A stretch of 64,000 bases of DNA from Candidatus Aenigmatarchaeota archaeon (lineage in GTDB: Archaea > Aenigmatarchaeota > Aenigmatarchaeia > QMZS01), in the NCBI GenBank assembly GCA_016932615.1, contig JAFGCN010000018.1, positions 3,495 through 67,494 of the forward strand, in the 5' to 3' direction. This document shows positions 48,151 to 58,094 of the stretch, piece after piece; the first letter of the stretch is position 1, and each line of letters begins with the position of its first letter. The notes beneath the pieces were generated by a model, which was not told the DNA's origin, did not search any database, and saw nothing but the letters and a program-made list of their open reading frames with translations. Both the position numbers and the translations under genes were made by a program.

Positions 48151-49395
48151 ATGCAGATAAAATCAATTAAGGCAGATTGGATAGCGGATTCTGAACTGAA
48201 TAAAACTGTGGGCGTATGGATTGAGACGGATGATGGAACATTTTTTGGTTCGGCGCCTCAGGGAACTTCAGACGGAGACTACGAAGCGGTTGCAGCCCCG
48301 GTTGACGAAGCGGTCAAAAACATACGGGAGATTGTGCCAAAGCTGATGCTCTTCGACCCTTCAGACCTGAAAACGCTTGACGAGTACCTTGTGCAGCTTG
48401 GAGGCCACCAGATGCAAAGTTTTGGCGGAAACGCATCGGTCGCGCTGAGCTCTGCCTGGGCAAAAATGGCGGCGCACTCGAAAGGAGTTAGCGTCCCGGA
48501 GTACCTTGCAGAGGAGCTTGGAACAAGAATGAGAATGCCTGTGCCCTGCTTCAACATAATAAACGGCGGGCTTCACGGCGCTCTCGACCCATCGGGAAAG
48601 CCATACAACCCCATACAGGAGTTGATGCTCGTTCCCGCCTCTGCAGAAAGCTTCGAGGAGGGCTACTGCATGGTAATGCAGGTCTTCAAGAACCTGAGAA
48701 ATGCCACGGGAGAAGCACTGGTCGGAAAAGAAGGTGGGTTCTCCCCGGCACAGCACCTGGACTGGTCTATTGGCAAGGTAAAAGAAGCAATAGAAATGTC
48801 GGGCTATGAGACCAAAGATTTCCGGCTGGCTCTTGACTGCGCGGCAAGCGAGTTCTTCAAGGACGGGCTGTACACACCGGTTGCTGGCGACAAGCAAAGA
48901 AACGTTGAGGAAATGGTAGAGTTCTACAAAGGCCTGATTTCAAATTCCCCAATAAAGGTAATGTCCATAGAAGACCCTCTTGACCAGAATGATTTCAGGG
49001 GATTTGCAGAAGTTACAAAGGCCCTTGATGGAATGATGATTGTCGGCGACGACCTGTATGTCACACAGCTTGAGAGAGTAAAAAAAGGAGTCGAGCAGAA
49101 ATCCACCAATGCGGTTCTCGTCAAGATAAACCAGAACGGAACCGTAACTGGAACACTGGACACCATCAGGTTCGGTCTTGAAAACCGGCTCCTCCACATG
49201 ATTTCCCACAGGAGCAAAAGGGCGCCGGGAGATTTCATAGACGCATACCTCTCGGTTGCCGTCGGGCAGTTCATAAAGCACGGCTCAAGCAGGGGCGAAA
49301 GGGTGGAAATCTACAACGAGCTGCTCAGGATAGAAAGAGAGGCAAAAGAGATGAACCGCCCACTTCCTTATGCTGGAAGAAGCCTCGTCAAGTAA
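48151..49395 (+). CDS. eno: enolase (divergent)
   Basis: ALDCAASEF, MSIEDPLDQNDF, IVGDDLYVT, LVKINQNGTVT, SHRS and GERVEIYNELLRIE match the enolase metal and catalytic motifs. PSGASTG and SGETED are divergent (PQGTSDG, SKRAPGD). Confidence 0.8.
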   Translation: MQIKSIKADWIADSELNKTVGVWIETDDGTFFGSAPQGTSDGDYEAVAAPVDEAVKNIREIVPKLMLFDPSDLKTLDEYLVQLGGHQMQSFGGNASVALSSAWAKMAAHSKGVSVPEYLAEELGTRMRMPVPCFNIINGGLHGALDPSGKPYNPIQELMLVPASAESFEEGYCMVMQVFKNLRNATGEALVGKEGGFSPAQHLDWSIGKVKEAIEMSGYETKDFRLALDCAASEFFKDGLYTPVAGDKQRNVEEMVEFYKGLISNSPIKVMSIEDPLDQNDFRGFAEVTKALDGMMIVGDDLYVTQLERVKKGVEQKSTNAVLVKINQNGTVTGTLDTIRFGLENRLLHMISHRSKRAPGDFIDAYLSVAVGQFIKHGSSRGERVEIYNELLRIEREAKEMNRPLPYAGRSLVK

Positions 49396-49494
49396 ATTCA
49401 AATTACAAATTTTATTTTTCATTTCATTATCTCACATGCCTGGACGCTATACCCAATCCTTGCAAAAAGCAATACTATATCAAAAGAGTAGTTT

Positions 49495-49872
49495 ATGGAA
49501 AAAGGATTGGTAATCATTTCGGTCCTCCTGCTTGTCTGCCTTATCGCATTTAGCGGTTGCACTGAAAAGCCCCCGGTAGAAAACCAGACCCAAGGGCCGG
49601 AAAAGACTCCAGAAGAGTTGTACCTTGAAACCCTTGTGGATGCCTGCGTGCAGGAATGCAAAAACGCAAAACTTCTGGATAAGGACCTCTCAAACGGGCC
49701 ATGCCTTCTTGACCCGATGCCGCAAAACAAATCCTGGGTTTGCGATGTAGCTCATGTGCCAAGAATCGCAGCTGACGCAAGGGCTGAAAATCAGTGCCTG
49801 TCTTTCCGGCAGGAACTTGCAACGCACTTCATTGAAGTCGACCCGGAGTGCAATTACCTGAGGAAGTGGTAA
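49495..49872 (+). CDS. putative lipoprotein or secreted Cys-containing protein
   Basis: MEKGLVIISVLLLVCLIAFSGC has a lipobox-like end. Six further cysteines follow. Confidence 0.5.
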   Translation: MEKGLVIISVLLLVCLIAFSGCTEKPPVENQTQGPEKTPEELYLETLVDACVQECKNAKLLDKDLSNGPCLLDPMPQNKSWVCDVAHVPRIAADARAENQCLSFRQELATHFIEVDPECNYLRKW

Positions 49873-49896
49873 AGCATATTTGATAGATGTACCTTT

Positions 49897-50925
49897 ATGG
49901 CAAGAGTGTATTTCAGACCGGTCGATTCCTATGAAAAGACCTGTGAGGTTAGCAAAGCTGCCAGGGGGCTGCTAGAGAGGGTTATTTCAGAAGAAAAAAT
50001 CCCTCTTGAAAAGAGCATTCCTGTGAAAGTCCACTTTGGCGAAAAAGGAAATGTCACCTTCATCGAGCCAAAAAACTTCAAAGGGCTTTTAGATTTCCTG
50101 AAGGAAAAGAAAATAGACTCCTGCTTTATCGAGACAAATGCCTTGTATGTCGGCTCAAGAAACACCAAAGAGAAGCATGTGCAAACCGCTCTGGAACACG
50201 GCTTTACTGCCCTTCCAATTGTTATTGCTGATGGAGAGAATGGCGAGGAAGTTTCTGAAGTAGAGATAAATAAGCGCCGCTTCAAAAAGTGCAAAATCGG
50301 AAAAGCTATTGCTGAAAGCAGGCAGTTAATAGTCCTGTCCCACTTCAAGGGCCATTCCTTTTCAGGTTTTGGCGGAGCCATAAAGCAGCTCGGCATGGGT
50401 TGCAGCGCAAGAAGCGGAAAGCTTGACCAACACGCCAATTCACACCCAACGCTAAATCCCCTCAAATGCAAAAAGTGCGGCCTTTGTGTAAAGAACTGCC
50501 CTGGAGACGCTATTGAGCTGGGGCTTGTTCCCAGGGTAAACACAAAGAAATGCCTTGGATGCGCCCGGTGCATTAGCGTCTGCCCAAATGGCGCAATGGA
50601 TATAAACTGGCTTTCAACCATGCCAAAAACCTTTCATGAAAAGTTGGCGGAGTACGCCTATGCCGCCCATCAGGGAAAGAAAAATATCTATATAAGCTTC
50701 CTCCTGAGAATCGCAAAGGACTGCGACTGCTGGGGGTGCAAGCAGGACATCGTCGCCAAAGATATTGGAGTTTTCGCTTCCACTGACCCGGTTGCCATTG
50801 ACAAGGCGTGCTGGGACCTGCTAAACAAAATGGAAGGCAGAAAGGTCTTTGGCGGGGAGGACATCTTTGAATATGCTGAAAATATTGGCCTAGGTACTTC
50901 CCAGTATGAGTTGATTGAAATATAG
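49897..50925 (+). CDS. DUF362-family protein with an inserted 2x[4Fe-4S] ferredoxin domain
   Basis: CKKCGLCVKNCP and CLGCARCISVCP are CxxCxxCxxxCP motifs. The flanks resemble DUF362. Confidence 0.65.
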   Translation: MARVYFRPVDSYEKTCEVSKAARGLLERVISEEKIPLEKSIPVKVHFGEKGNVTFIEPKNFKGLLDFLKEKKIDSCFIETNALYVGSRNTKEKHVQTALEHGFTALPIVIADGENGEEVSEVEINKRRFKKCKIGKAIAESRQLIVLSHFKGHSFSGFGGAIKQLGMGCSARSGKLDQHANSHPTLNPLKCKKCGLCVKNCPGDAIELGLVPRVNTKKCLGCARCISVCPNGAMDINWLSTMPKTFHEKLAEYAYAAHQGKKNIYISFLLRIAKDCDCWGCKQDIVAKDIGVFASTDPVAIDKACWDLLNKMEGRKVFGGEDIFEYAENIGLGTSQYELIEI

Positions 50926-50932
50926 CCTTACT

Positions 50933-51244
50933 CTATTTCATCGCCCTTTTCGCCAAAACTATTACCGGAATTGCCAAGTAAACCATAACATCCCAAAAGC
51001 TGAATAGGCCCGTGTAAGAGGCAACTGCAAAAACTCCCAAAAGCCAGCCCAGACTATAACTTGTACTCCAGTACTTCATCCCGGCCAGGAGGACAACTAG
51101 ACCAACTATCAAAAGCGCCTTGAAAAGCAAAATATATTCTGCCGGAAGAAAGTATGCCGCTATGCCTTCAATAATAAGCAGAGTAATAACTCCCATCACA
51201 GCTTCACCAACTCCCCTGAAAAGCCCGCCCTTGACCCGGCCCAT
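50933..51244 (-). CDS. small integral membrane protein
   Basis: 103 aa with 3 hydrophobic helices. Confidence 0.45.
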   Translation of the reverse strand: MGRVKGGLFRGVGEAVMGVITLLIIEGIAAYFLPAEYILLFKALLIVGLVVLLAGMKYWSTSYSLGWLLGVFAVASYTGLFSFWDVMVYLAIPVIVLAKRAMK

Positions 51245-51308
51245 AAAATCATGGGCTTCAAAGGCTTATGTTTGGAAAAACTAAGAATATTCAATATTTA
51301 CACTACTT

Positions 51309-51968
51309 ATGGAAAGATACGGGGTAGATCTGATTAATCTTGGCAGAGTTATTGAGGAAACTCTTAGGGGTTATGAGTCTGCATACTTTACACAGAACCT
51401 GAACTTTGGGCAATTATCCGGACCAACCTATGTTGAAGGAAAACCTTACTCATTAAGGGGGGAAGCTTCAGTTTCTTTAGGGGAAACTCCTCTTGGCAAT
51501 ATGACTGTTGTGGGCTTACTCCCTGGCGAAGCAACCGGAAAAGAACCTCGGCCAAAGGAGGATCTTTTTGCTGAAGCATGTTTGCCCCTATTTTCTGTTA
51601 CAGGTGTTGGAAAAATAAATCACAATCTAATTTCCCTGGCGGAAATGGTTCCAAATGATCGCTCTGAAGGAATTCGCAAGGGTTGGGATTTAGGCGTTTA
51701 TCTAGGCCGTTATGGATTAAATCTGACTTTGGGGTTATCAGTAGAACCTCGCATTTACTATACGGTGGGATATGCAAATTGCGGCCAAAGGTTTGGAGAC
51801 TTACACTTCATAAAAAACGAAACCAAAGAATTGCAATTTGCAGGATTTATTCCGATAACAAGGGAAAGCGGTCTGCAGAACAATGCCTCCATTCAGGGTT
51901 GGATGAGGTATTGGGATTTTCCTGAAGGATATAGAACTATCCGGATACCAATTCCGACTAAAGAGTGA
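51309..51968 (+). CDS. hypothetical protein
   Basis: 219-aa ORF, no motif recognised. Confidence 0.4.
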   Translation: MERYGVDLINLGRVIEETLRGYESAYFTQNLNFGQLSGPTYVEGKPYSLRGEASVSLGETPLGNMTVVGLLPGEATGKEPRPKEDLFAEACLPLFSVTGVGKINHNLISLAEMVPNDRSEGIRKGWDLGVYLGRYGLNLTLGLSVEPRIYYTVGYANCGQRFGDLHFIKNETKELQFAGFIPITRESGLQNNASIQGWMRYWDFPEGYRTIRIPIPTKE

Positions 51969-51974
51969 CGTTCC

Positions 51975-53120
51975 CTAAACCCTTACATTCTTGTAAGCAA
52001 CCTTGTCGCCACTTACCTTAAGAATTCCTGCCTGCCCTTCGACGATAGCCCCCGCGTTATAGAACAAGCTGTCTACAAAGGTGTTCTCGGGCACGGGCTT
52101 TTCGTACAGGTCGTTTGCATGCCCTGCACTTTCGTGTATGTGGCCGTTAACCGCTTTTTTTATTCCAAGCTCCTTGTAGATTTTTGCCAGCGCCTCGCTT
52201 CCGACGTTTCCATAATCGATTGACATCGGGGCGCCAAGGGATTTCAGTTCAGCAGCCATTTCTTTCGAACAGACCGACCCCTTTTCTATTGCATACATCG
52301 GCTGAACCGCTTCAGCTCCGGCTTTCTTAAGTTTTTCGGCTGTCTTGCTGGCGCCTTCAGCGGAGTCGATTGCAACATACTCGATGGCCATGTCCTTGTA
52401 CTGCACCGCCCAGACCTCAAAACTTTTTTCGGCCTTTCCGTAAGCGGCATAGTCAACAGAAGTAGAAGCCGTGAATTTTGGAGGTATATGCGACACTACT
52501 ATTGTTTTGCTTGGGTCGGTCACAAGCCGCCTCAAATCATCCATGTTTGATACATGCATAAGGTCAACCATCACAACTTTTTCGGCAGTTTCGCCTTCCC
52601 CCTCCTTCTCACCAGCTTTGCCTTTTTTCTTGGTTTCTTTCTTATTTCCTTCTTCTCGGGGGGACTCTTCATCGCCCGCTTCAGCAAGCTTTGCCATAAT
52701 GGGAACATATCCTGAGCCAGCTCCGGGCCTGTCTACCAGATAATAACCGCTTCCGCTCCCGACATCCGCCCCGGGAAGGAAAACTATCTCGTGGTCTTTT
52801 TCTGTAAGTTTTGGCTCAAGCAAGGCGTCGTGAATGTTCGAGTATTTCTTTAGTGCCTCCTTCATTGCAGAGCCATAAATAACTGTAGTTTCGTGGTTTC
52901 CGGGAAGAACATAGGTTGGGATTTTACTTTTTCCTGCCGCCTCCAGAACCGAAGCAAGGTAGTTCTGGCTCTCCTCAGGTGTCATTCCGCTGTCGCTAAG
53001 GTCACCATTAAGGACTAGGTAGTTGATTCCCTCCTTTTTGAGCATATCTATCGCTTTTGGCACTTTCTCTTCCATAGTGTGCGCATCTGAAATAAACCCG
53101 TATTTTGTTTCGACGGACAT
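51975..53120 (-). CDS. calcineurin-like metallophosphoesterase with an internal K/E-rich insertion
   Basis: FISDAHT, LVLNGDLSD, LPGNHET and NGHIHES are metallophosphoesterase motifs. The insertion is EAGDEESPREEGNKKETKKKGKAGEKEGEGETAEK. Confidence 0.7.
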   Translation of the reverse strand: MSVETKYGFISDAHTMEEKVPKAIDMLKKEGINYLVLNGDLSDSGMTPEESQNYLASVLEAAGKSKIPTYVLPGNHETTVIYGSAMKEALKKYSNIHDALLEPKLTEKDHEIVFLPGADVGSGSGYYLVDRPGAGSGYVPIMAKLAEAGDEESPREEGNKKETKKKGKAGEKEGEGETAEKVVMVDLMHVSNMDDLRRLVTDPSKTIVVSHIPPKFTASTSVDYAAYGKAEKSFEVWAVQYKDMAIEYVAIDSAEGASKTAEKLKKAGAEAVQPMYAIEKGSVCSKEMAAELKSLGAPMSIDYGNVGSEALAKIYKELGIKKAVNGHIHESAGHANDLYEKPVPENTFVDSLFYNAGAIVEGQAGILKVSGDKVAYKNVRV

Positions 53121-53322
53121 AATAATACTCTTACAGGTATAAATACTTTTATTACTACCTTAAAGATACAACTTTACTCTTATTATTCTAGCACACTCCC
53201 TCTACGGCCAGCCAATCCTGCCCTGGCTGCATACTGCTTCTCCAAGGGCCGCTTTTCTAAACAAAAGCCCAAAAAGGCCTATAGCAAATATATACCTTGC
53301 CTTCCTAATTACTATAAAGAAA

Positions 53323-54006
53323 ATGACTATGAAGATAAACTCCCCTCTCCTGATTGCCCTGCTGGTTCTTGCCATGCCCCTGGCCTTATGCCACCAGCCA
53401 AGAATTGTGTTTGATAGGGAGGCCTCTTTTGAAAACCCCGTAATTGTCAGCCAGCCGGAAATATCAAAAGCTTACTACGGGCAGCTTAACGGAAGCCCGG
53501 AGTATTACCGTATATACAGCCCAGTGAGCTTTAAGCTCTATGCAGGGCTTCTTTCCCCCAACATCAGCGGCTCCAGAACAGACTTCATAGCGGAAGTATC
53601 CAATAAAAGCAGGATTATCCTGATTCTAAACGGGCCTGCCCGGAACTGGACACCCTATTACGAGGAATTCGCGGGAGACTACTACCTCAGGGGCCCTGAC
53701 TCAGAGAAGGTGGTTCCTTCGGGGACATATTATATACGCGTTTTCAACAGGGACAACCAGGGAAAATACATTCTGGCCATAGGCAAGGAAGAGTCATTCA
53801 CGCCCGACGAGATGGCAAGGACGGTCTTTACGCTGCCCCGGATAAAACGGGAATTTTTTGGAAAGCCCGGCTACGAGGCATTTTTCAACTTCACGGGCGT
53901 TTTCCTGCTGATTGTCCTGTCAATTATCGCCATAATCTCCTACCTCATCTGCAAAGCCGCCTCGAAGCTCAAAAAAGAGGAAACTTGTGATGGAGAGTTA
54001 TTTTAG
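53323..54006 (+). CDS. secreted protein with a C-terminal TM anchor (hypothetical)
   Basis: Signal peptide MKINSPLLIALLVLAMPLALC. The C-terminal TM is VFLLIVLSIIAIISYLI. Confidence 0.5.
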   Translation: MTMKINSPLLIALLVLAMPLALCHQPRIVFDREASFENPVIVSQPEISKAYYGQLNGSPEYYRIYSPVSFKLYAGLLSPNISGSRTDFIAEVSNKSRIILILNGPARNWTPYYEEFAGDYYLRGPDSEKVVPSGTYYIRVFNRDNQGKYILAIGKEESFTPDEMARTVFTLPRIKREFFGKPGYEAFFNFTGVFLLIVLSIIAIISYLICKAASKLKKEETCDGELF

Positions 54007-54084
54007 GGCTAAAGCCCACTTTTCCAAAATCGCCAAAAATACCAAAATGTATGAATTTCCTACTCTACTAAAGAATCCTTTCGA

Positions 54085-54261
54085 TTAAAATCTCTTCTTT
54101 TTCGCGTAGCACGCTCTGCATAAGACTGGTTTGCCCTCGGTTGGCTTGAAAGGAACTTCGCATTCCTCTCCGCATTCCGTGCAAGTCGCCTTGTGCATTT
54201 CCCTGGGACCGAAACTTTTTCCAGACCCACCCCGGTTGAAACCGGTTCTTCTCTGTTCCAT
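54085..54261 (-). CDS. small RGG plus CxxC...CxxC zinc-ribbon protein
   Basis: ATG at 54261 (the track start is a TTG). MEQRRTGFNRGGSGKSFG...CTECGEECEVPFKPTEGKPVLCRACYAKKKRF. Confidence 0.5.
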   Translation of the reverse strand: MEQRRTGFNRGGSGKSFGPREMHKATCTECGEECEVPFKPTEGKPVLCRACYAKKKRF

Positions 54262-54294
54262 TGAATAATTCAAGATTATGTCTTTAGTATCCCT

Positions 54295-54744
54295 TTAAAA
54301 AGCCCTAAAACGCCTGTATTTACCCATCAGCACTGCCTCTGCAAGCACATGGCCAGACATGGACCTTAAAAGGTCCTGCTTTCTTGCGCCTTCCCTAAGC
54401 CCCACTGCCTTATCCAGGGCATAAAGCCGAAAGAAATACCTGTGTGCGCCCGAAGGCGGGGCGGGCCCTCCATACTCAAGCCGCCCAAAATCATTCATGC
54501 CCAGTACCGCTCCAATCGGAATCTCCCCTTCCTCGATCCTTTTGGTGGCTGGAGAGATATTCCAAACCAGCCAGTGTGTCCAGGAGCCGGAAGGCGCATC
54601 TGGGTCATCCACAATTACAACAAGCGACTCTGCTTTTCCCGGCACTCCCTCTATCTCAAGAGGCGGGCTTACGTCAAGCCCATCGCACGTGTAAATGTCC
54701 GGAATCATGGAATCGTCCTTGAACGCAGGGCTTGTCAGTTTCAT
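54295..54744 (-). CDS. YbhB/YbcL-family PEBP (Raf kinase inhibitor-like) protein
   Basis: VVIVDDPDAPSGSWTHWLVWNI and GPAPPSGAHRYFFRLYAL are PEBP signatures. Confidence 0.8.
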   Translation of the reverse strand: MKLTSPAFKDDSMIPDIYTCDGLDVSPPLEIEGVPGKAESLVVIVDDPDAPSGSWTHWLVWNISPATKRIEEGEIPIGAVLGMNDFGRLEYGGPAPPSGAHRYFFRLYALDKAVGLREGARKQDLLRSMSGHVLAEAVLMGKYRRFRAF

Positions 54745-54863
54745 AATATATTCTTACAGCCAATAGGTATGTGCATTCCAGAGGCAGTCTAGAAAATAGC
54801 ACCCGCATAGCCCCCTTAAGGTTTTCTAAAAGTAAACAAAAAAACAAACTAAAATTCCTGGTA

Positions 54864-55040
54864 TTACAAGTCGTAGCCTCTAAGTGTTTTCCTGCCGTTT
54901 GCCTTTGCCCTGTTGCCTGCTTCCTTGATCATTCCCTCAACTTTCTTTGAAAGCACTTCGGCAAAGTCGCCGGACATGTTGACGTCCATTTTTCTGGCTA
55001 TGTCCTTGATTTTTGATTGTACTACAAGGATTTCTACCAT
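54864..55040 (-). CDS. DUF1931-type histone-fold protein
   Basis: Own translation (58 aa, not in the track): MVEILVVQSKIKDIARKMDVNMSGDFAEVLSKKVEGMIKEAGNRAKANGRKTLRGYDL. The C-terminal RAKANGRKT..DL resembles the histone-fold alpha3 region. Confidence 0.55.
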   Translation of the reverse strand: MVEILVVQSKIKDIARKMDVNMSGDFAEVLSKKVEGMIKEAGNRAKANGRKTLRGYDL

Positions 55041-55288
55041 AAAATAACTCTAAAGGTATATTTAAAGGCATTTAAACAGCGTTTGGGGAATGCTAAAGAA
55101 TATGTCTTTAGTAGGTAAATATTGATGGTACTTTATAATAGTTTATTTTTCGAGAATATCTTTCATGAAGTGCTGGGCACTAAACGCTCAATCATTCTTC
55201 GGACTACAAAGAAGACCTGCCAATATCTCCAGACGAGTGTAGATAATTGACGATAATTTAATAGTATTTACTATCTGAATATTGAATT

Positions 55289-56401
55289 ATGGCGGAAATT
55301 AAAAAATCGCAAGCCGGGAAACCAAAAAAAGAGGACATTATCGGCTTTCTGGAAGAAACAAAGCCGGAAGTCGACAAAACCATAGAGAAGTACCTCCCAA
55401 AAAAAGTGAGCAGGAAATGGCTGGAAATGGTTTTTGGAAAGCCCCGGTACGAGTACAGCATCGAATCTGCACAGAAGTCGCTTTTAGACCCTTTATGGGA
55501 CCTTCTTGAGAGGGGCGGAAAAAGATGGAGGCCTGCGTTATTCCTGCTCGTTGCCGAAGCGGTCGGTGGAGACACAAAACGGCTGAAAGACTTTGCCATA
55601 ATACCGGAGATCGTCCATAATGGAACGCTTATGATTGATGATATCGAGGACATGGGCGAGCTCAGGCGGGGACTTCCATGCACTCACAAAAAATTCGGTG
55701 AAGATATTGCGATAAACGCAGGAAACTTCATGTATTATTTCCCACTTATCGTCCTGATGAGGCGAAAGAGTGAGTTCAAAAAAGACCGGGTGGTCAAAGC
55801 TTACGAGGTTTACGTGCAGGAAATGATTAATATAAGCCTGGGGCAGGGCACTGACATTTATTGGCACAGGGGACAGGCAGAAAGCATAAAGGAAGCCGAA
55901 TACCTCCAGATGTGCGCCTACAAGACCGGGTGCCTGTCAAGAATGTCTGCAAAGCTTGCGGCAGCCCTTTCGGGATGCAACAGCGAAAAGATTGAAAAGC
56001 TAGGCGCATTTGCCGAAGCCATCGGAGTCGCATTCCAGGTTCAGGATGATGTGCTTGACATAGCCCTGGACGAAAAAGAGAGATTGGAGTTTGGAAAGCC
56101 GTTTGGAAACGACATAAAGGAAGGAAAAAGAACGCTGATGGTAATACACGCACTTGAAAAAGCAGACAAAAAAGACAGGGCACGGCTTTTGGAAATATTA
56201 AACAAGCACACCGATGACCTAAAGGAAAGAAAAGAAGCAATAGGCATAATCAAAAAATACGGGGGTCTGGAGCATGCAAAAGGAGTTGCAAAATTAATTG
56301 TAACTAATGCCTGGAAAGATGCAGACAAAATTCTGGAAGAAAGCCCTGCAAAGGAAAAGCTGAGGAGCTTTGCAAATTATTTGATTGAACGAAAAGTTTA
56401 G
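55289..56401 (+). CDS. polyprenyl (geranylgeranyl) diphosphate synthase
   Basis: LMIDDIEDMGELRRG is the first DDxxD motif. FQVQDDVLD is the second DDxxD motif. Confidence 0.85.
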   Translation: MAEIKKSQAGKPKKEDIIGFLEETKPEVDKTIEKYLPKKVSRKWLEMVFGKPRYEYSIESAQKSLLDPLWDLLERGGKRWRPALFLLVAEAVGGDTKRLKDFAIIPEIVHNGTLMIDDIEDMGELRRGLPCTHKKFGEDIAINAGNFMYYFPLIVLMRRKSEFKKDRVVKAYEVYVQEMINISLGQGTDIYWHRGQAESIKEAEYLQMCAYKTGCLSRMSAKLAAALSGCNSEKIEKLGAFAEAIGVAFQVQDDVLDIALDEKERLEFGKPFGNDIKEGKRTLMVIHALEKADKKDRARLLEILNKHTDDLKERKEAIGIIKKYGGLEHAKGVAKLIVTNAWKDADKILEESPAKEKLRSFANYLIERKV

Positions 56402-56458
56402 CGCTAAAGGTGTCCTTAATCCAATACTCTAAAAATATTAATCTAAATTACCACCATT

Positions 56459-57061
56459 ATGTTACAAGAAAATTCAAACCCGGAATCACCCGATAAAGCA
56501 TATATCGCCCTTATCGAAAATGCTCCACTCACCCTGTCTGACAGAATTGATACTTTATTAGTCTACTGCCAGGAAAAGCCAGCGACGGAAGTCATGATTT
56601 ACAAAACAGAAGACTCTAGCCCTATTGGAAAAGCATGCCCCCTGGATGAGGGGCAAATTGAAGAAGTGGCTTCAATACTGGAAAAACTGGGATTATTTTA
56701 CAAAGTGGGAGACATGCGTTCCTGGAAAAGGGGGCAGTACGGGCCTGTTGAATTCGTGGATATCGCCCTGGCCAGGGATGAAAGTACTCTTTCAAGATTC
56801 GCAAAAGCAAAAGAAAATGGCGACGAACGTGAACTTGAGCGGCTTTATGGATTTCCTGAATCCGCAATCAGCGCTTATTTAGGTGAAGTTCCTGCTTGCC
56901 GATATGAAGAAATCCTGGATTATATTGGCCCAAGCCCGCTGGCATTTTTTACAAACTATGTTTTCTCAAGGGAAAAATATGAGGAGGAAATAGAAAACAC
57001 TTCAAAAAGGTGGCATGAAGCAGTTAAAAGATTAAGCCCAAAGCTTTACGAAATGATATAA
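56459..57061 (+). CDS. hypothetical protein
   Basis: 200-aa ORF, no motif recognised. Confidence 0.4.
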   Translation: MLQENSNPESPDKAYIALIENAPLTLSDRIDTLLVYCQEKPATEVMIYKTEDSSPIGKACPLDEGQIEEVASILEKLGLFYKVGDMRSWKRGQYGPVEFVDIALARDESTLSRFAKAKENGDERELERLYGFPESAISAYLGEVPACRYEEILDYIGPSPLAFFTNYVFSREKYEEEIENTSKRWHEAVKRLSPKLYEMI

Positions 57062-57113
57062 TTCCTATCAAGACCGAAAAAATTATCTTTAAGCTATTTT
57101 TCTAAATTTTTAA

Positions 57114-58076
57114 ATGGACCTCCTTCCACTCATTATAACGGTAATTGGTTTGTGTATCTTCGAAACAATCAGCAGCATAGACAATGCGATAATAAATGCA
57201 GATGTGCTTTCGACAATGAAAGCAAAATACCGAAGATGGTTTCTTATATGGGGACTTCTTTTCGCGGTATTCATCATAAGAGGCGTTCTTCCCTGGCTGA
57301 TTGTCTGGGCCACAAACCCCTCACTTGGGCCTGTAGGCGCTTTTATGAGCACGCTTAGCAGCGACCCCAAGGTAATTGAAACAATAGAAAGCACCGCGCC
57401 AATACTTCTCATTGCAGGTGGAACCTTCCTGGTTTTCCTTTTCTTCCACTGGCTTTTTTTGGAGCCAAAGCATTACGGACTCAAGGGCGAAAAGTATATA
57501 GGCGAGCAAGGTGTCTGGTTTTACGCGATAGTTTCACTCCTGCTGCTGGTTCTTGTATGGGAAGCCATACAGATTAACTCCTTAATGGCACTCGGAGCCG
57601 TCGCGGGGTCAACCGCATTTTTCATAACCCACGGCTTCAAGCAAAACGCCGAGGCAAGCGAGAAGAAGCTCATGCACGGCAATGCCTCAGACATAAGCAA
57701 GATACTGTATCTTGAGGTAATAGATGCCACCTTTTCCATAGACGGCGTTATCGGAGCTTTTGCCTTTACTCTCTCGGTTCCTCTAATACTAATCGGAAAC
57801 GGGCTTGGCGCTTTCGTCGTAAGGGAAATGACAATAAAAAACGTAGAAAATATCAAAAAGTTCAAATACCTCAAAAATGGGGCAATGTATTCGATACTCT
57901 GCCTTGGGACAATCATGATTCTCGATAGCTTCGGCTACCACATACCTTACTGGGTTTCTCCAAGCATAACCTTCCTGGTAGTGGGCTATTTCCTGTACAA
58001 GTCCTTTTGTGAGATGAAGCCGGATAGCAAAAAGGAAACCGCAATAAAGAAAAAGAAACGCCAATCTAAAAAATAA
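57114..58076 (+). CDS. TerC/DUF475-like integral membrane protein
   Basis: ISSIDNAIINADVL at the N-terminus, a second FSIDGVIGAFA repeat, and about 8 TM helices. Confidence 0.55.
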   Translation: MDLLPLIITVIGLCIFETISSIDNAIINADVLSTMKAKYRRWFLIWGLLFAVFIIRGVLPWLIVWATNPSLGPVGAFMSTLSSDPKVIETIESTAPILLIAGGTFLVFLFFHWLFLEPKHYGLKGEKYIGEQGVWFYAIVSLLLLVLVWEAIQINSLMALGAVAGSTAFFITHGFKQNAEASEKKLMHGNASDISKILYLEVIDATFSIDGVIGAFAFTLSVPLILIGNGLGAFVVREMTIKNVENIKKFKYLKNGAMYSILCLGTIMILDSFGYHIPYWVSPSITFLVVGYFLYKSFCEMKPDSKKETAIKKKKRQSKK

Positions 58077-58094
58077 GAGATTGAATAAAAATCA

